Below, one piece after another: positions 8,828 through 16,902 of a stretch of 64,000 nucleotides of DNA. The stretch is from a virus. Lineage: Duplodnaviria; Caudoviricetes. The notes below the pieces were generated by a model, which saw only the letters and a list, made by a program, of their open reading frames with translations, made no database searches and was not told where the DNA came from. The stretch is from the IMG/VR virus record IMGVR_UViG_3300036798_000249, positions 3,165-67,164 of that record; one strand, written 5' to 3'. The position numbers and the translations under genes were made by a program. Numbering within the stretch: position 1 is the stretch's first letter; every line of letters begins with the position of its first letter.

Positions 8828-10477
8828 TCAACCAATCAAACTTTCAATATCGATCGGGCCACTGATGCGGTCGCGCGCCCGAATGCCCATGAGCATTGCG
8901 AGCGCCACCGCGCCATCGATACGGAACCTGGCCTTGCTCTTGTCGATCTTTCGGAAGCCGGCGGCGTCCATCACCGCGACCGCGTTGGCGACGTTCCAAT
9001 TCAGGCACGGATTGTTTGGATGCTCGATCTTGTGCTCGTCGAGCGCCGCCATGAGCGCGTCGACCGCGGGCCCCATGTCTTTAAATCCTTGCCCCCAGGG
9101 AACGATGCGCAGGCCGTCGCCGCGAGGCGCGCGTCTCACCAGCCGTTGTAGATCATCAGGCGCGGCGCTTGTGTCCTCGTAGGCCTGAAAGCCGATGCGA
9201 TCGAACTCCCGCAGAAGATTCTGCATTCGCCATCGATCATACGCCAGGCCGCGTATCTGGTAGCGCGTCGAAAGCTCGGCGATGAAGCGCGCGAGCGATT
9301 CATGATCGATGGTCCGACCGGGCGTCGTCAGCAAATGCCCGGCGTCGACCCATTCCTCGTATCGCCGATTGCCGCTGCCGAAGTCCCGCGCCGAATGCTC
9401 GCCCAGCCATTCGACGGGCTTCCAAAAGAACGGCTGCACGCGGCAGGGATCGGCGACCGATCCAACAATCAAAGCCGTCAGGTCGTCGACGCTCGACAGA
9501 TCGAGCGCAGCGTAAACCTCTTCGCCGTCGATCAGCTCGGCGGGTCCTATGCATTCTTGCCACATGACGCGACTGATCAGCGTCGAGACGGGTGAGACTC
9601 GTTGATTGAGGAGCAAATTGCGTGTCTTAGGCTCTTCCGCCGGCATTCTGATGGCCTTGACAATGGCCCTGACCAAATCCTCGCGGTCGCGAAACGTGCC
9701 GAGCGCCGGGTTCGCCTTCGCCCATTGTGCCTCGTCCTCGAGCGCGCAGCCTTCGTCGGCGGCATAGAGATGGCAAACGATACTCGGGTCGATGCCCGAC
9801 AGCCCGTCGTCGATCAGCTTCGATAGAATATGCTCCGGGTCATTCGACTGCGTGCTGATCACTATGAACAGCGGCTCGTCGCGGGCGCCGAAACTGGTGT
9901 CGAGGACGTCGTACAGATCGCGGCTCTTCGCCTGCGCCAGCTCGTCGTAGATCACGACACTCGGCAAATATCCGTGTTTGGTTCCGGCCTCGGCCGACAC
10001 CGCGCGATAGATCGATCCGGTGCTGCGTCCGATCATGGTCTTGGTCGAGGAGATGACGTCGATTTTTCTGCGCAACTCGGCGTCTTGCTCGACGAGCTGC
10101 TTGGCGAATTTGAAAACGATGCCGGCCTGGTCGCGGTCGTTCGCCGCGCTATAGATTTCTCCGTTGGGTATCGCCTCGGGCCCGGCCAGGTGGGCGAGCC
10201 CGATGGCGGCAATTAGCGCGGTCTTCCCGTTCTTTCTCGCCACCGAGAGGATCGCACGCCGCACGATGCGGCGCAGACCACGGTGTGGCTCGTAGACGTC
10301 GCGGATGAATCGCTTTTCCCAAGGGTCGAGCTTGAACGGCTTGCCCTGACCGTGCCCGCTCGGGATGGTCAGATGCTGGATGAAATCGATGACTCTTTTT
10401 GCACGCTCGCGCCCGCGCGCGGACCGTTTGATAGACGGTCGGCGACGGTCGGTCGCCGACCCGTCAACAATCGACAC
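8828..10477 (-). CDS. terL: Terminase large subunit
   Basis: Walker A ARKNGKT, YDELA Walker B, ALDLSSVDDLTA nuclease, RIDGAVALAM. Confidence 0.95.
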   Translation of the reverse strand: MSIVDGSATDRRRPSIKRSARGRERAKRVIDFIQHLTIPSGHGQGKPFKLDPWEKRFIRDVYEPHRGLRRIVRRAILSVARKNGKTALIAAIGLAHLAGPEAIPNGEIYSAANDRDQAGIVFKFAKQLVEQDAELRRKIDVISSTKTMIGRSTGSIYRAVSAEAGTKHGYLPSVVIYDELAQAKSRDLYDVLDTSFGARDEPLFIVISTQSNDPEHILSKLIDDGLSGIDPSIVCHLYAADEGCALEDEAQWAKANPALGTFRDREDLVRAIVKAIRMPAEEPKTRNLLLNQRVSPVSTLISRVMWQECIGPAELIDGEEVYAALDLSSVDDLTALIVGSVADPCRVQPFFWKPVEWLGEHSARDFGSGNRRYEEWVDAGHLLTTPGRTIDHESLARFIAELSTRYQIRGLAYDRWRMQNLLREFDRIGFQAYEDTSAAPDDLQRLVRRAPRGDGLRIVPWGQGFKDMGPAVDALMAALDEHKIEHPNNPCLNWNVANAVAVMDAAGFRKIDKSKARFRIDGAVALAMLMGIRARDRISGPIDIESLIG

Positions 10478-10487
10478 GACTAATTTT

Positions 10488-11039
10488 CTAGCTTTGCCGG
10501 CGACGACGACGTGCCAACCACCCCATCAGACCAAGACCACCCGCAAACAACGGCAGGGCGGCGGGCAGCGGTGTCGCCGTCAGCTGGAAGTTGGACTGTC
10601 CCACCAGATCGTTGACGCCGGACGCCTGCAGTTCGAAGAAATAGTCCACCCCGGTCAGTAGAGCCACGGTGTCGGTGTTGTTGTTGGCGGCGAAGTTGCC
10701 GGCGACCACCGTGCCGTTGACCGTGTCCCTGGTGATCCTGAATATCTCCGCGGTGAAGCTCGGCAGATCGTTCAACGGGTTGTTGATCACGTCGACGTTG
10801 ACGAGCGTATTGTTCGATGGCGCGACGCTGAACTCGACCCAGTCATTGAGGAACGTCGGCGCGGTCGTGGACTGGAGCGTGCCGGCGATTTCCGACGGGC
10901 CAACCTGGCCGACGGTCCCCTGTGCCGGCGGTACACCGGTGAACGATAGGTCCGAAGCGACTAGATTGATCGTGGCGGCATCGGCGGCCGCGCCCATCAT
11001 CATGAGCACGGCAGCGACGACAGCGAGTAGGTTCTTCAT
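10488..11039 (-). CDS. Secreted protein with VPLPA-CTERM (PEP-CTERM-like) sorting signal
   Basis: Signal peptide MKNLLAVVAAVLMMMGAAADA; C-terminus TPLPAALPLFAGGLGLMGWLARRRRRQS. Confidence 0.85.
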   Translation of the reverse strand: MKNLLAVVAAVLMMMGAAADAATINLVASDLSFTGVPPAQGTVGQVGPSEIAGTLQSTTAPTFLNDWVEFSVAPSNNTLVNVDVINNPLNDLPSFTAEIFRITRDTVNGTVVAGNFAANNNTDTVALLTGVDYFFELQASGVNDLVGQSNFQLTATPLPAALPLFAGGLGLMGWLARRRRRQS

Positions 11040-11067
11040 TTGGTGTTCCTTTCGGGTTTGAGAGAAG

Positions 11068-11559
11068 TCATGCCAGCAGATCGCCGAATTTCGAGCGGGA
11101 GTTTTCGCCAAGAATGCCGGTGGCGATGCGCGCGCGGGCAACAGGCGTCATGCCGAATTCGCCGGCGAAGCGGAGCATTTCGGTGGCCGCTCGCCGGGCG
11201 GCGTGAACCAATGGATTGCTCCCGGCTTCGCCGTTGCGGCGTCTGATGACGAAGCCGTTCATCAGCGGGTCTTTGTCGACCATGCGCTGCAGCGCTTCCT
11301 CGGCGAGGCGCCAGCGCATGTAGCTCTGGCAGTAGGCGGCGAGCACCGCTGTATCGATGACGGTCAGCACGCCGAGCCGGTGGAGCTCGCGCGCGACGAT
11401 GCGCCATTCCGCTGCAGCGTAGCCCTGCAGATAGCCGGGCGGCTCGGGCACGTCGCTGGGGATCAGCGGCGCTAGCTCGTTTTGCGGCAGGGGGCGGCGC
11501 TGCGGGTTGCCCTGCAGCAAGCGCAGATTCGTCGGGGTGGGTCGACGTCCTCGAAGCAT
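11068..11559 (-). CDS. terS: Terminase small subunit, P27 family
   Basis: GRRPTPTNLRLLQGNP, PEPPGYL, LAAYCQSY, FGMTPVAR. Confidence 0.9.
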   Translation of the reverse strand: MLRGRRPTPTNLRLLQGNPQRRPLPQNELAPLIPSDVPEPPGYLQGYAAAEWRIVARELHRLGVLTVIDTAVLAAYCQSYMRWRLAEEALQRMVDKDPLMNGFVIRRRNGEAGSNPLVHAARRAATEMLRFAGEFGMTPVARARIATGILGENSRSKFGDLLA

Positions 11560-11580
11560 GATTTTGCTCGCTTTTGGGGC

Positions 11581-11666
11581 TGCCCTAAGCCTTTGATCGG
11601 GCAGGCGTTTTTCGCTCGGTTTCGAGCCTTTTTGTGCCCTAAGTCATTGAACGGGCAGGGTTTTTT
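11581..11666. repeat. Imperfect tandem repeat of a TGCCC...GGGCA hairpin plus T-run
   Basis: tgccctaagcctttgatcgggcaggcgttttt (11581) and tgccctaagtcattgaacgggcagggtttttt (11635). Confidence 0.6.
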
Positions 11667-11681
11667 ATCCGTCGCCCACCC

Positions 11682-11710
11682 TTGCAATAGGGCATAATGC
11701 CCTATACATT
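11682..11710 (+). promoter_or_regulatory. Sigma70-like promoter with palindromic operator in the spacer (site 1)
   Basis: TTGCAA-N17-TACATT; ATAGGGCAT-A-ATGCCCTAT at 11687-11705. Confidence 0.75.
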
Positions 11711-11772
11711 AGTGGCTAGAGGAAGCGCGATTCGCTTCGCTTCAAGGGCAATCAAGCCCGGGAGAATTCACA

Positions 11773-12783
11773 GTGTCTCATCTCGACTATGGATTTGGCG
11801 TGGAGCTGGAATGCTATCTTCCGGCCGGCACGTCACACGCGCAAGCGGCTGCAGCTGTTGCCCGTCGCATCGGCGAGCCTTGCGCATTCGAAGGCTACAA
11901 TCATCACCTGCGCCCGACTTGGAAAGTCGTCACCGACGGCTCGCTTGGCGACTATGCGCGCGGGGCAGAATTCGTCAGCCCGATTTTGCGGGGCGAAGCG
12001 GGCTTGCATCAGCTAGAGCAAGTCTGCCAAGCGCTGACCGAATTCGGGTGCATCGTCAATCGCACTTGCGGCTTGCACGTCCATGTCGGCGTCGGCAATC
12101 GCCCGCTGCAGTTTTTCAAGTCGATTACGAAGCTCTACGGGATTTATGAGTCCGTCATCGACGGCATGATGCCGTCCACGCGCCGCGCCAATAACAATCT
12201 CTATTGTCGCTCTATGACAAGCGCGAGCCCGGCCGCAATCGATCGTGCGCAGACGATGCACGAATTGATCAGTGTCGCCACGGCGCGCTGCAATACGCAT
12301 GTGCAGCGCTATTTCAAAGTGAATCTTGTCGCGCATGCGCGTCACAAGACCGTCGAATTCCGCCAGCACGGCGGCACGCTAGACGCGACTAGAGCGCGCA
12401 ATTGGACCGTGCTTTGTCTGCGCATGATCGATGCCGCAGCGCGCGGGATCAGCTTTGGCGCTAGCAGCGAAGGTCAGCGCAATCGCGCGAAGCCCGGCAC
12501 CGAGACTCATCTTGTCGGCGAAATGATGCTTCGCCCCGAGGGCGTCACCCGGACCGAGCTTATTCACGCGACGGGTGGGCCGATCTCGATCCCGGGCAGG
12601 GCGCGCGCTTGTGGCATCGAATTCATCAAGCAGCGAATTGGGCGCGAGGTCCGCTACTTCGCCGTCGCTGCCCAGTCCGCGACCCTCGACGTTTCGATCG
12701 CGGGCTTCTGCGATCTGATCGGAGCGAGCACTGACGAACGAACGCACATTGAAACCCGAACCGCGACTCTCCGAGCCGCGTAA
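11773..12783 (+). CDS. Putative amidoligase (COOH-NH2 ligase) with C-terminal wHTH-like extension
   Basis: FGVELE, WKVVTDGSL, EFVSPIL, CGLHVHVG, TVEFRQHGGT; tail KPGTETHLVGEMMLRPEGVTRTELIHATG. Confidence 0.85.
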   Translation: MSHLDYGFGVELECYLPAGTSHAQAAAAVARRIGEPCAFEGYNHHLRPTWKVVTDGSLGDYARGAEFVSPILRGEAGLHQLEQVCQALTEFGCIVNRTCGLHVHVGVGNRPLQFFKSITKLYGIYESVIDGMMPSTRRANNNLYCRSMTSASPAAIDRAQTMHELISVATARCNTHVQRYFKVNLVAHARHKTVEFRQHGGTLDATRARNWTVLCLRMIDAAARGISFGASSEGQRNRAKPGTETHLVGEMMLRPEGVTRTELIHATGGPISIPGRARACGIEFIKQRIGREVRYFAVAAQSATLDVSIAGFCDLIGASTDERTHIETRTATLRAA

Positions 12784-12800
12784 CCCTGAAAGGCACGAAC

Positions 12801-13019
12801 ATGACACGACTCGACAAGAATACGCTCAAGCAGTGGCGCACAATGATGGGCTTCACCAATCAACATGCGATTGACGCTCTCGGCTGCACTGCAGCGCAAT
12901 GGCACGCGTGGGAGAGCGGGAGCGAGAAAGTCCCGCTCTATATCGGGCTCGCGACGTCGGCGCTCGCGCTCGGGATCACTCTCGACAACGGCCCGAACGG
13001 CACCAGCGAAGGCAAGTGA
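12801..13019 (+). CDS. Small XRE-like HTH protein (HTH-1)
   Basis: WRTMMGFT...ALGC...WESGSEKVP. Confidence 0.7.
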   Translation: MTRLDKNTLKQWRTMMGFTNQHAIDALGCTAAQWHAWESGSEKVPLYIGLATSALALGITLDNGPNGTSEGK

Positions 13020-13064
13020 TCACGCGACGGGGCGCGCCATGCGCGCGCTCTATCGAGCGATCAT
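13017..13064 (+). repeat. 48-nt hairpin element, copy 1
   Basis: tgatcacgcgacggggcgcgccatgcgcgcgctctatcgagcgatcat; starts at a stop codon. Confidence 0.8.
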
Positions 13065-13092
13065 CCAGACCGCTCTCGAAAGGAAACGACAA

Positions 13093-13269
13093 ATGGCACG
13101 TCTGCAACAATGCCCCTGTGGGTCAGGGGAATTTCCGAGCGCGCAATATGACGGGCACGGCATCTTCATGACCTACACGTGCGACAAGTGCGAGAAGGAA
13201 AAGCTCTCGCATTTCCGCGCCGACATCTTCGAACAATACGACTGCGACGAACCGATCGACTCTGACTGA
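13093..13269 (+). CDS. 58-aa Cys-containing protein
   Basis: AGGA RBS; CPC...CDKC. Confidence 0.55.
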   Translation: MARLQQCPCGSGEFPSAQYDGHGIFMTYTCDKCEKEKLSHFRADIFEQYDCDEPIDSD

Positions 13270-13304
13270 CCACCCCAAACCAAGGGCGAGCGAGCCCGGG
13301 AGAA

Positions 13305-13817
13305 ATGAACGTGCTTTACTTTGCTTACGGATCGAACCTGAACCGCGCCGCGATGGCGCATCGTTGCCCCGACGCGAAGCCGATTGGGGCCCTCAAGCTG
13401 ACAGACGCTCGACTCGTGTTCCGGGGCGTTGCCGATTGCATCTACGAAGAGGGCAGCGAATGCCCGGGCGCGGTGTGGAAGCTGACGCCCGGATGCGAAG
13501 CCGCGCTCGATCGATACGAGGGTGTGAGCGGCGGCTTTTATCGAAAAGAATACGTGACTGTGACCGGGTTCGAGGGCGAGGATCAGATGCTCCTCTACGT
13601 CATGAACTCGACCGGCATCTTCCCGCCGTCGCAGCACTATTACAACGTCATCAAGCAGGGCTATCGCGATTTCAAGCTGCCGCTCAAGTATCTGCGCGCT
13701 GCCGTCAAAGCAGCGTGGGACGACAAAGCACCGAGTCATCGCGAGCGCCAGCGTCATCGTCGCAACGGGCGCCCCGCGCTTGTCGCGATGCCTGCAGACC
13801 AAAAGGTGAGCATATGA
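13305..13817 (+). CDS. Gamma-glutamylcyclotransferase (AIG2-like)
   Basis: YFAYGSNLN...M..RCP.A, GAVWKL, ALDRYEG. Confidence 0.85.
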   Translation: MNVLYFAYGSNLNRAAMAHRCPDAKPIGALKLTDARLVFRGVADCIYEEGSECPGAVWKLTPGCEAALDRYEGVSGGFYRKEYVTVTGFEGEDQMLLYVMNSTGIFPPSQHYYNVIKQGYRDFKLPLKYLRAAVKAAWDDKAPSHRERQRHRRNGRPALVAMPADQKVSI

Positions 13818-14023
13818 ACGCCGCAGAACGCAAGGCGCTCGCATTGCTCGCCGATTGCAGCAGCGGCGCCACCGGCCCAGCCCTCGAAGCGCGTGGGGTG
13901 ACGACAGTCACGCTCGATCGCCTCATAGAGCAAGGGCTCGTCTGGTGTCGTCTTAGGACGTTCGCCAATCCGCGCGGTCTGACCGTGATGCACTACTGGC
14001 TCACACCAACAACCAAACAATGA
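13814..14023 (+). CDS. Small wHTH-like hypothetical protein (69 aa)
   Basis: ATGA overlap with GGCT stop; ERKALALL...TLDRLIEQGLV. Confidence 0.55.
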   Translation: MNAAERKALALLADCSSGATGPALEARGVTTVTLDRLIEQGLVWCRLRTFANPRGLTVMHYWLTPTTKQ

Positions 14024-14069
14024 TCACGCGACGGGGCGCGCCCATGCGCGCGCTCTATCGGGCGATCAT
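14021..14069 (+). repeat. 49-nt hairpin element, copy 2
   Basis: Identical to copy 1 except one loop insertion and one substitution. Confidence 0.8.
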
Positions 14070-14096
14070 GCCCCTTGAAACCAGGAGTCAACATCT

Positions 14097-14384
14097 ATGG
14101 AGCTTCTTGCCGTAATAGCAGTGTTCTACTTTATCCCCAGCATCATCGCCGCAAACCGGGGTCATCACAACACGATGGCGATTTTCGCTATCAATTTGCT
14201 CGCAGGGTGGGCGGTGTTTGGTTGGTTCTACGCGTTGATCTGGAGTCTGACCAACGACACCAGAGCGAACGACGAACGACAGTTGAGGATTTTGTCTCAA
14301 GCGATGCATCCTCAACAGTCTGATCAGCCTCCGCAGCCTGCCCCCAGACGACAATCGATGCATGATCGTCTGTGGTCACGCTAA
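14097..14384 (+). CDS. Superinfection immunity protein (T4 Imm-like)
   Basis: YFIPSIIA..RGHHN..AIFAINLLAGW..FGW..ALIWSL. Confidence 0.85.
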   Translation: MELLAVIAVFYFIPSIIAANRGHHNTMAIFAINLLAGWAVFGWFYALIWSLTNDTRANDERQLRILSQAMHPQQSDQPPQPAPRRQSMHDRLWSR

Positions 14385-14402
14385 TCAACGGAGGAATGAT
14401 CC

Positions 14403-14432
14403 TTGACCCCATAGGGCATAATGCCCTATCAT
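14403..14432 (+). promoter_or_regulatory. Sigma70-like promoter with identical operator (site 2)
   Basis: TTGACC-N18-TATCAT; ATAGGGCATAATGCCCTAT at 14411-14429. Confidence 0.75.
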
Positions 14433-14513
14433 GCGAATAGCGAAGGGATGTCCTTTCGCAAGCCCGGAGAGCAGCCAACCGGTAAATGCTGCACAACAGA
14501 AGGAACTAAAACG

Positions 14514-14855
14514 ATGTCTAGCTTTGCTTTGCTTACTCTCAGCAAGATCGCGCCCGAATCTCGGTATGACGCCGAAGAGGGCGCAGCGCACGAGCGCGTC
14601 GAGCCGACGAATATCAACGTCTTTTCGATCCGCGCTTTCTACCCGCGCAAGGGCGGCAAGCCCGGCACGCGCATCACCTTCAACGATGGAGGCGGGTTCG
14701 CAGTCGCCGAGTTGACCGACTACGTGCGCGAGGCGGCGATCGCCGTCGCGAAGGGCAAGGCGCAGCCCCCTGCGCCCCCGCTGCCCGTCGTTGCGCCCGT
14801 CACGCCTCCCGCGCTCGCTCTCGTCCCTGACGTGAGCGAAAGCGCAGGCGAGTAA
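14514..14855 (+). CDS. Hypothetical protein
   Basis: AGAAGGA RBS; first gene after site 2. Confidence 0.6.
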   Translation: MSSFALLTLSKIAPESRYDAEEGAAHERVEPTNINVFSIRAFYPRKGGKPGTRITFNDGGGFAVAELTDYVREAAIAVAKGKAQPPAPPLPVVAPVTPPALALVPDVSESAGE

Positions 14856-14936
14856 ACTGGGCCTCACAGCGTAGCGCACCCATGCGGTGCGCTATTCCGT
14901 GGCGCTACTGCCACTCAACCGAGGGAAATAACTTAA

Positions 14937-15113
14937 ATGGAAAGTATGGCAATCGAGCAGTTGTTGCTCGCCTTCGCGAAGGGCGAGCTAAACGGCGGCA
15001 AGATCGAATGGGAAGACGTCGAGATCGCTTTTGACTACGCCCGCGAGGCGATGCCGGGTCGCTATCTTGAGATCGTTCGCGAGCTGGGCGAGCAAACGGA
15101 TGATCACCCATGA
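14937..15113 (+). CDS. Hypothetical protein (58 aa, not in ORF track)
   Basis: GAGGGA RBS; MESMAIEQLLLAFAKGELNGGKIEWEDVE... Confidence 0.55.
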   Translation: MESMAIEQLLLAFAKGELNGGKIEWEDVEIAFDYAREAMPGRYLEIVRELGEQTDDHP

Positions 15114-15126
15114 GGGAGTGCGCGAC

Positions 15127-15348
15127 ATGGATCACAACGAATATCGCGACGCGCTTGCTGCGCTCGATCTGACGCAAGGCGCTGCAGCCCGTTTCTTCCA
15201 AGTCGACGAGCGAACATCGCGACGTTGGGCGACGGGCGAGCTGCCCGTTCCACACGCGGTCGCGCTATTGTTTCGCGTCATGCTCGCGAAAAACATCAGC
15301 CCGGCGCGCGTCTATGAACTCGCCGGCTTAGAGGAATTCGAACCATGA
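15127..15348 (+). CDS. Small XRE-like HTH protein (HTH-2)
   Basis: LTQGAAARFFQVDERTSRRWATGELPVP. Confidence 0.75.
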   Translation: MDHNEYRDALAALDLTQGAAARFFQVDERTSRRWATGELPVPHAVALLFRVMLAKNISPARVYELAGLEEFEP

Positions 15349-15716
15349 AGATCATCGCTATACGCCAACCGTGGGCGCATCTGATCGTGACGGGCATCAA
15401 GCCGGTCGAAAATCGCTCGTGGATGGTCAACTATCGCGGCCCGCTCGCGATCCTCGCGAGCAGACGGCGCGCCGAGCAATCCATCGAGGAGATCGAGCGC
15501 CGCTATCGCATTCGCATCCCGCGCGATCTGCCGGTGGGCGGCATCGTCGGGCTCGTCGACCTCGTCGACATCGTCGACGCGCATCCGAGCCGGTTCTTTT
15601 CGGGCCCCTTCGGGTTCGTGCTCGAAAACGCGCGCCCCGTCCCGTTGATTCCGATGTCCGGGCAGCTGAACATCTGGGAAGCACCCGCTCGCGTCAAGAA
15701 ACTGCTCGCCGCCTAA
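15345..15716 (+). CDS. ASCH domain protein
   Basis: AIRQPWAHLIVTGIKPVENRSW..NYRGPL; GGIVG.VDL. Confidence 0.9.
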   Translation: MKIIAIRQPWAHLIVTGIKPVENRSWMVNYRGPLAILASRRRAEQSIEEIERRYRIRIPRDLPVGGIVGLVDLVDIVDAHPSRFFSGPFGFVLENARPVPLIPMSGQLNIWEAPARVKKLLAA

Positions 15717-16902
15717 CTTCACCCCGCAACACCTTCCTGATCGCCGCCATTCGCCGCGTGATCTCCGGGGTTTCCCGATCGAGCAGCGCAGCGGCGGTTT
15801 CCGACTCCATCGCTTCGCCGACGTATTCGAACCCCGCCGTCAGTCGCGTGCGGGCGCGCGTCTTGCTGATGGCGTGACCGCTCTTCTCGCCTCTACTGCT
15901 GGCGCGCCCCAGCGCTGGAGCCCGGTTCATCCTCCATTTCGGGTTGCGCTGCATCGCCGCAATCAACGCCGGGTGCCCGGTCGAGATCATGCAGCGGCAG
16001 CCGACGCCTCGCCACATGGCGCCTAAAATCTCGTTCATCGCCAGACCAATCGAAGCGCCCTGAAAGTCCGGCAGCACCACCGAGCGATGCACCTTCATGC
16101 GCTGACGTCGATCAAAACCGCTGACGAGGCCGACAACCGGCAAAAAAGCCTGGAACGCCACCGGTCGCTCGTCGATGAAACCCACAAAGCAGATCGCGGC
16201 TTTGTTAAGCTTCGCGCTCAAATAGTGGTGGTGAGCGAATAGCTTCCATGCCGAATGATGGACGCGGGCAATCTCCAACTTGATTTTCGGCCGTCCTCGA
16301 AGCGACCTCCAAGCGAACGAATTCGTCGCCGGCGTGAACACCCAATCGGGGTCCAGCCATTCGAGGACATCGTCGTGACAAGTCACCGCCACGAATTTCG
16401 CCGCTCGCCTGCGGACTGTCTTGGCGACCGCCGCGGAGCCGATCTTGCCAACCGTGCGATCAACAACCGAAGTGAATTCGTCGAAGACGCACAGCTCCGG
16501 CCGTTCCGCCAGCGCCCGCGCCAGCGTGGCGCGAAACTGCTCGCCATTCGAGAGCACATGGAACGGGCGCACCCAGGACGGCGGCGACGAAAACCCGACC
16601 GACGACAGCAGCAGCGTGATGTCCTTGATCCCCATCGTGGCCGGGAAGGCATCGACGATCGACTTGTTGCTCGGCCACGTAAAGCCGGTCGTATAGGCCG
16701 GACCGAAAACCTCGCGCGCGATCGACGTCTTGCCGCAACCGCTCGGGCCCACGATCAGGCCGATGTTCCAGTTGCGTTCCTCGAGCGGAAGCATCACCTC
16801 CCAAGTCAGCGCGACCCGCTCGGCCGGCGGCACGTCAAACAAACCCTCGAGCTGCAGAACGCGCGCCGTGCGCTGAATCGCCGTCGAGCGGCTGACGATC
16901 AT
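15694..16902 (-). CDS. ABC-type ATPase fused to GNAT-like acetyltransferase
   Basis: GPSGCGKT, LSNGEQFR, FDEFTS; C-terminal WKLFAHHHYL...VVLPDFQGASIG. Confidence 0.85.
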   Translation of the reverse strand: MIVSRSTAIQRTARVLQLEGLFDVPPAERVALTWEVMLPLEERNWNIGLIVGPSGCGKTSIAREVFGPAYTTGFTWPSNKSIVDAFPATMGIKDITLLLSSVGFSSPPSWVRPFHVLSNGEQFRATLARALAERPELCVFDEFTSVVDRTVGKIGSAAVAKTVRRRAAKFVAVTCHDDVLEWLDPDWVFTPATNSFAWRSLRGRPKIKLEIARVHHSAWKLFAHHHYLSAKLNKAAICFVGFIDERPVAFQAFLPVVGLVSGFDRRQRMKVHRSVVLPDFQGASIGLAMNEILGAMWRGVGCRCMISTGHPALIAAMQRNPKWRMNRAPALGRASSRGEKSGHAISKTRARTRLTAGFEYVGEAMESETAAALLDRETPEITRRMAAIRKVLRGEVRRRAVS

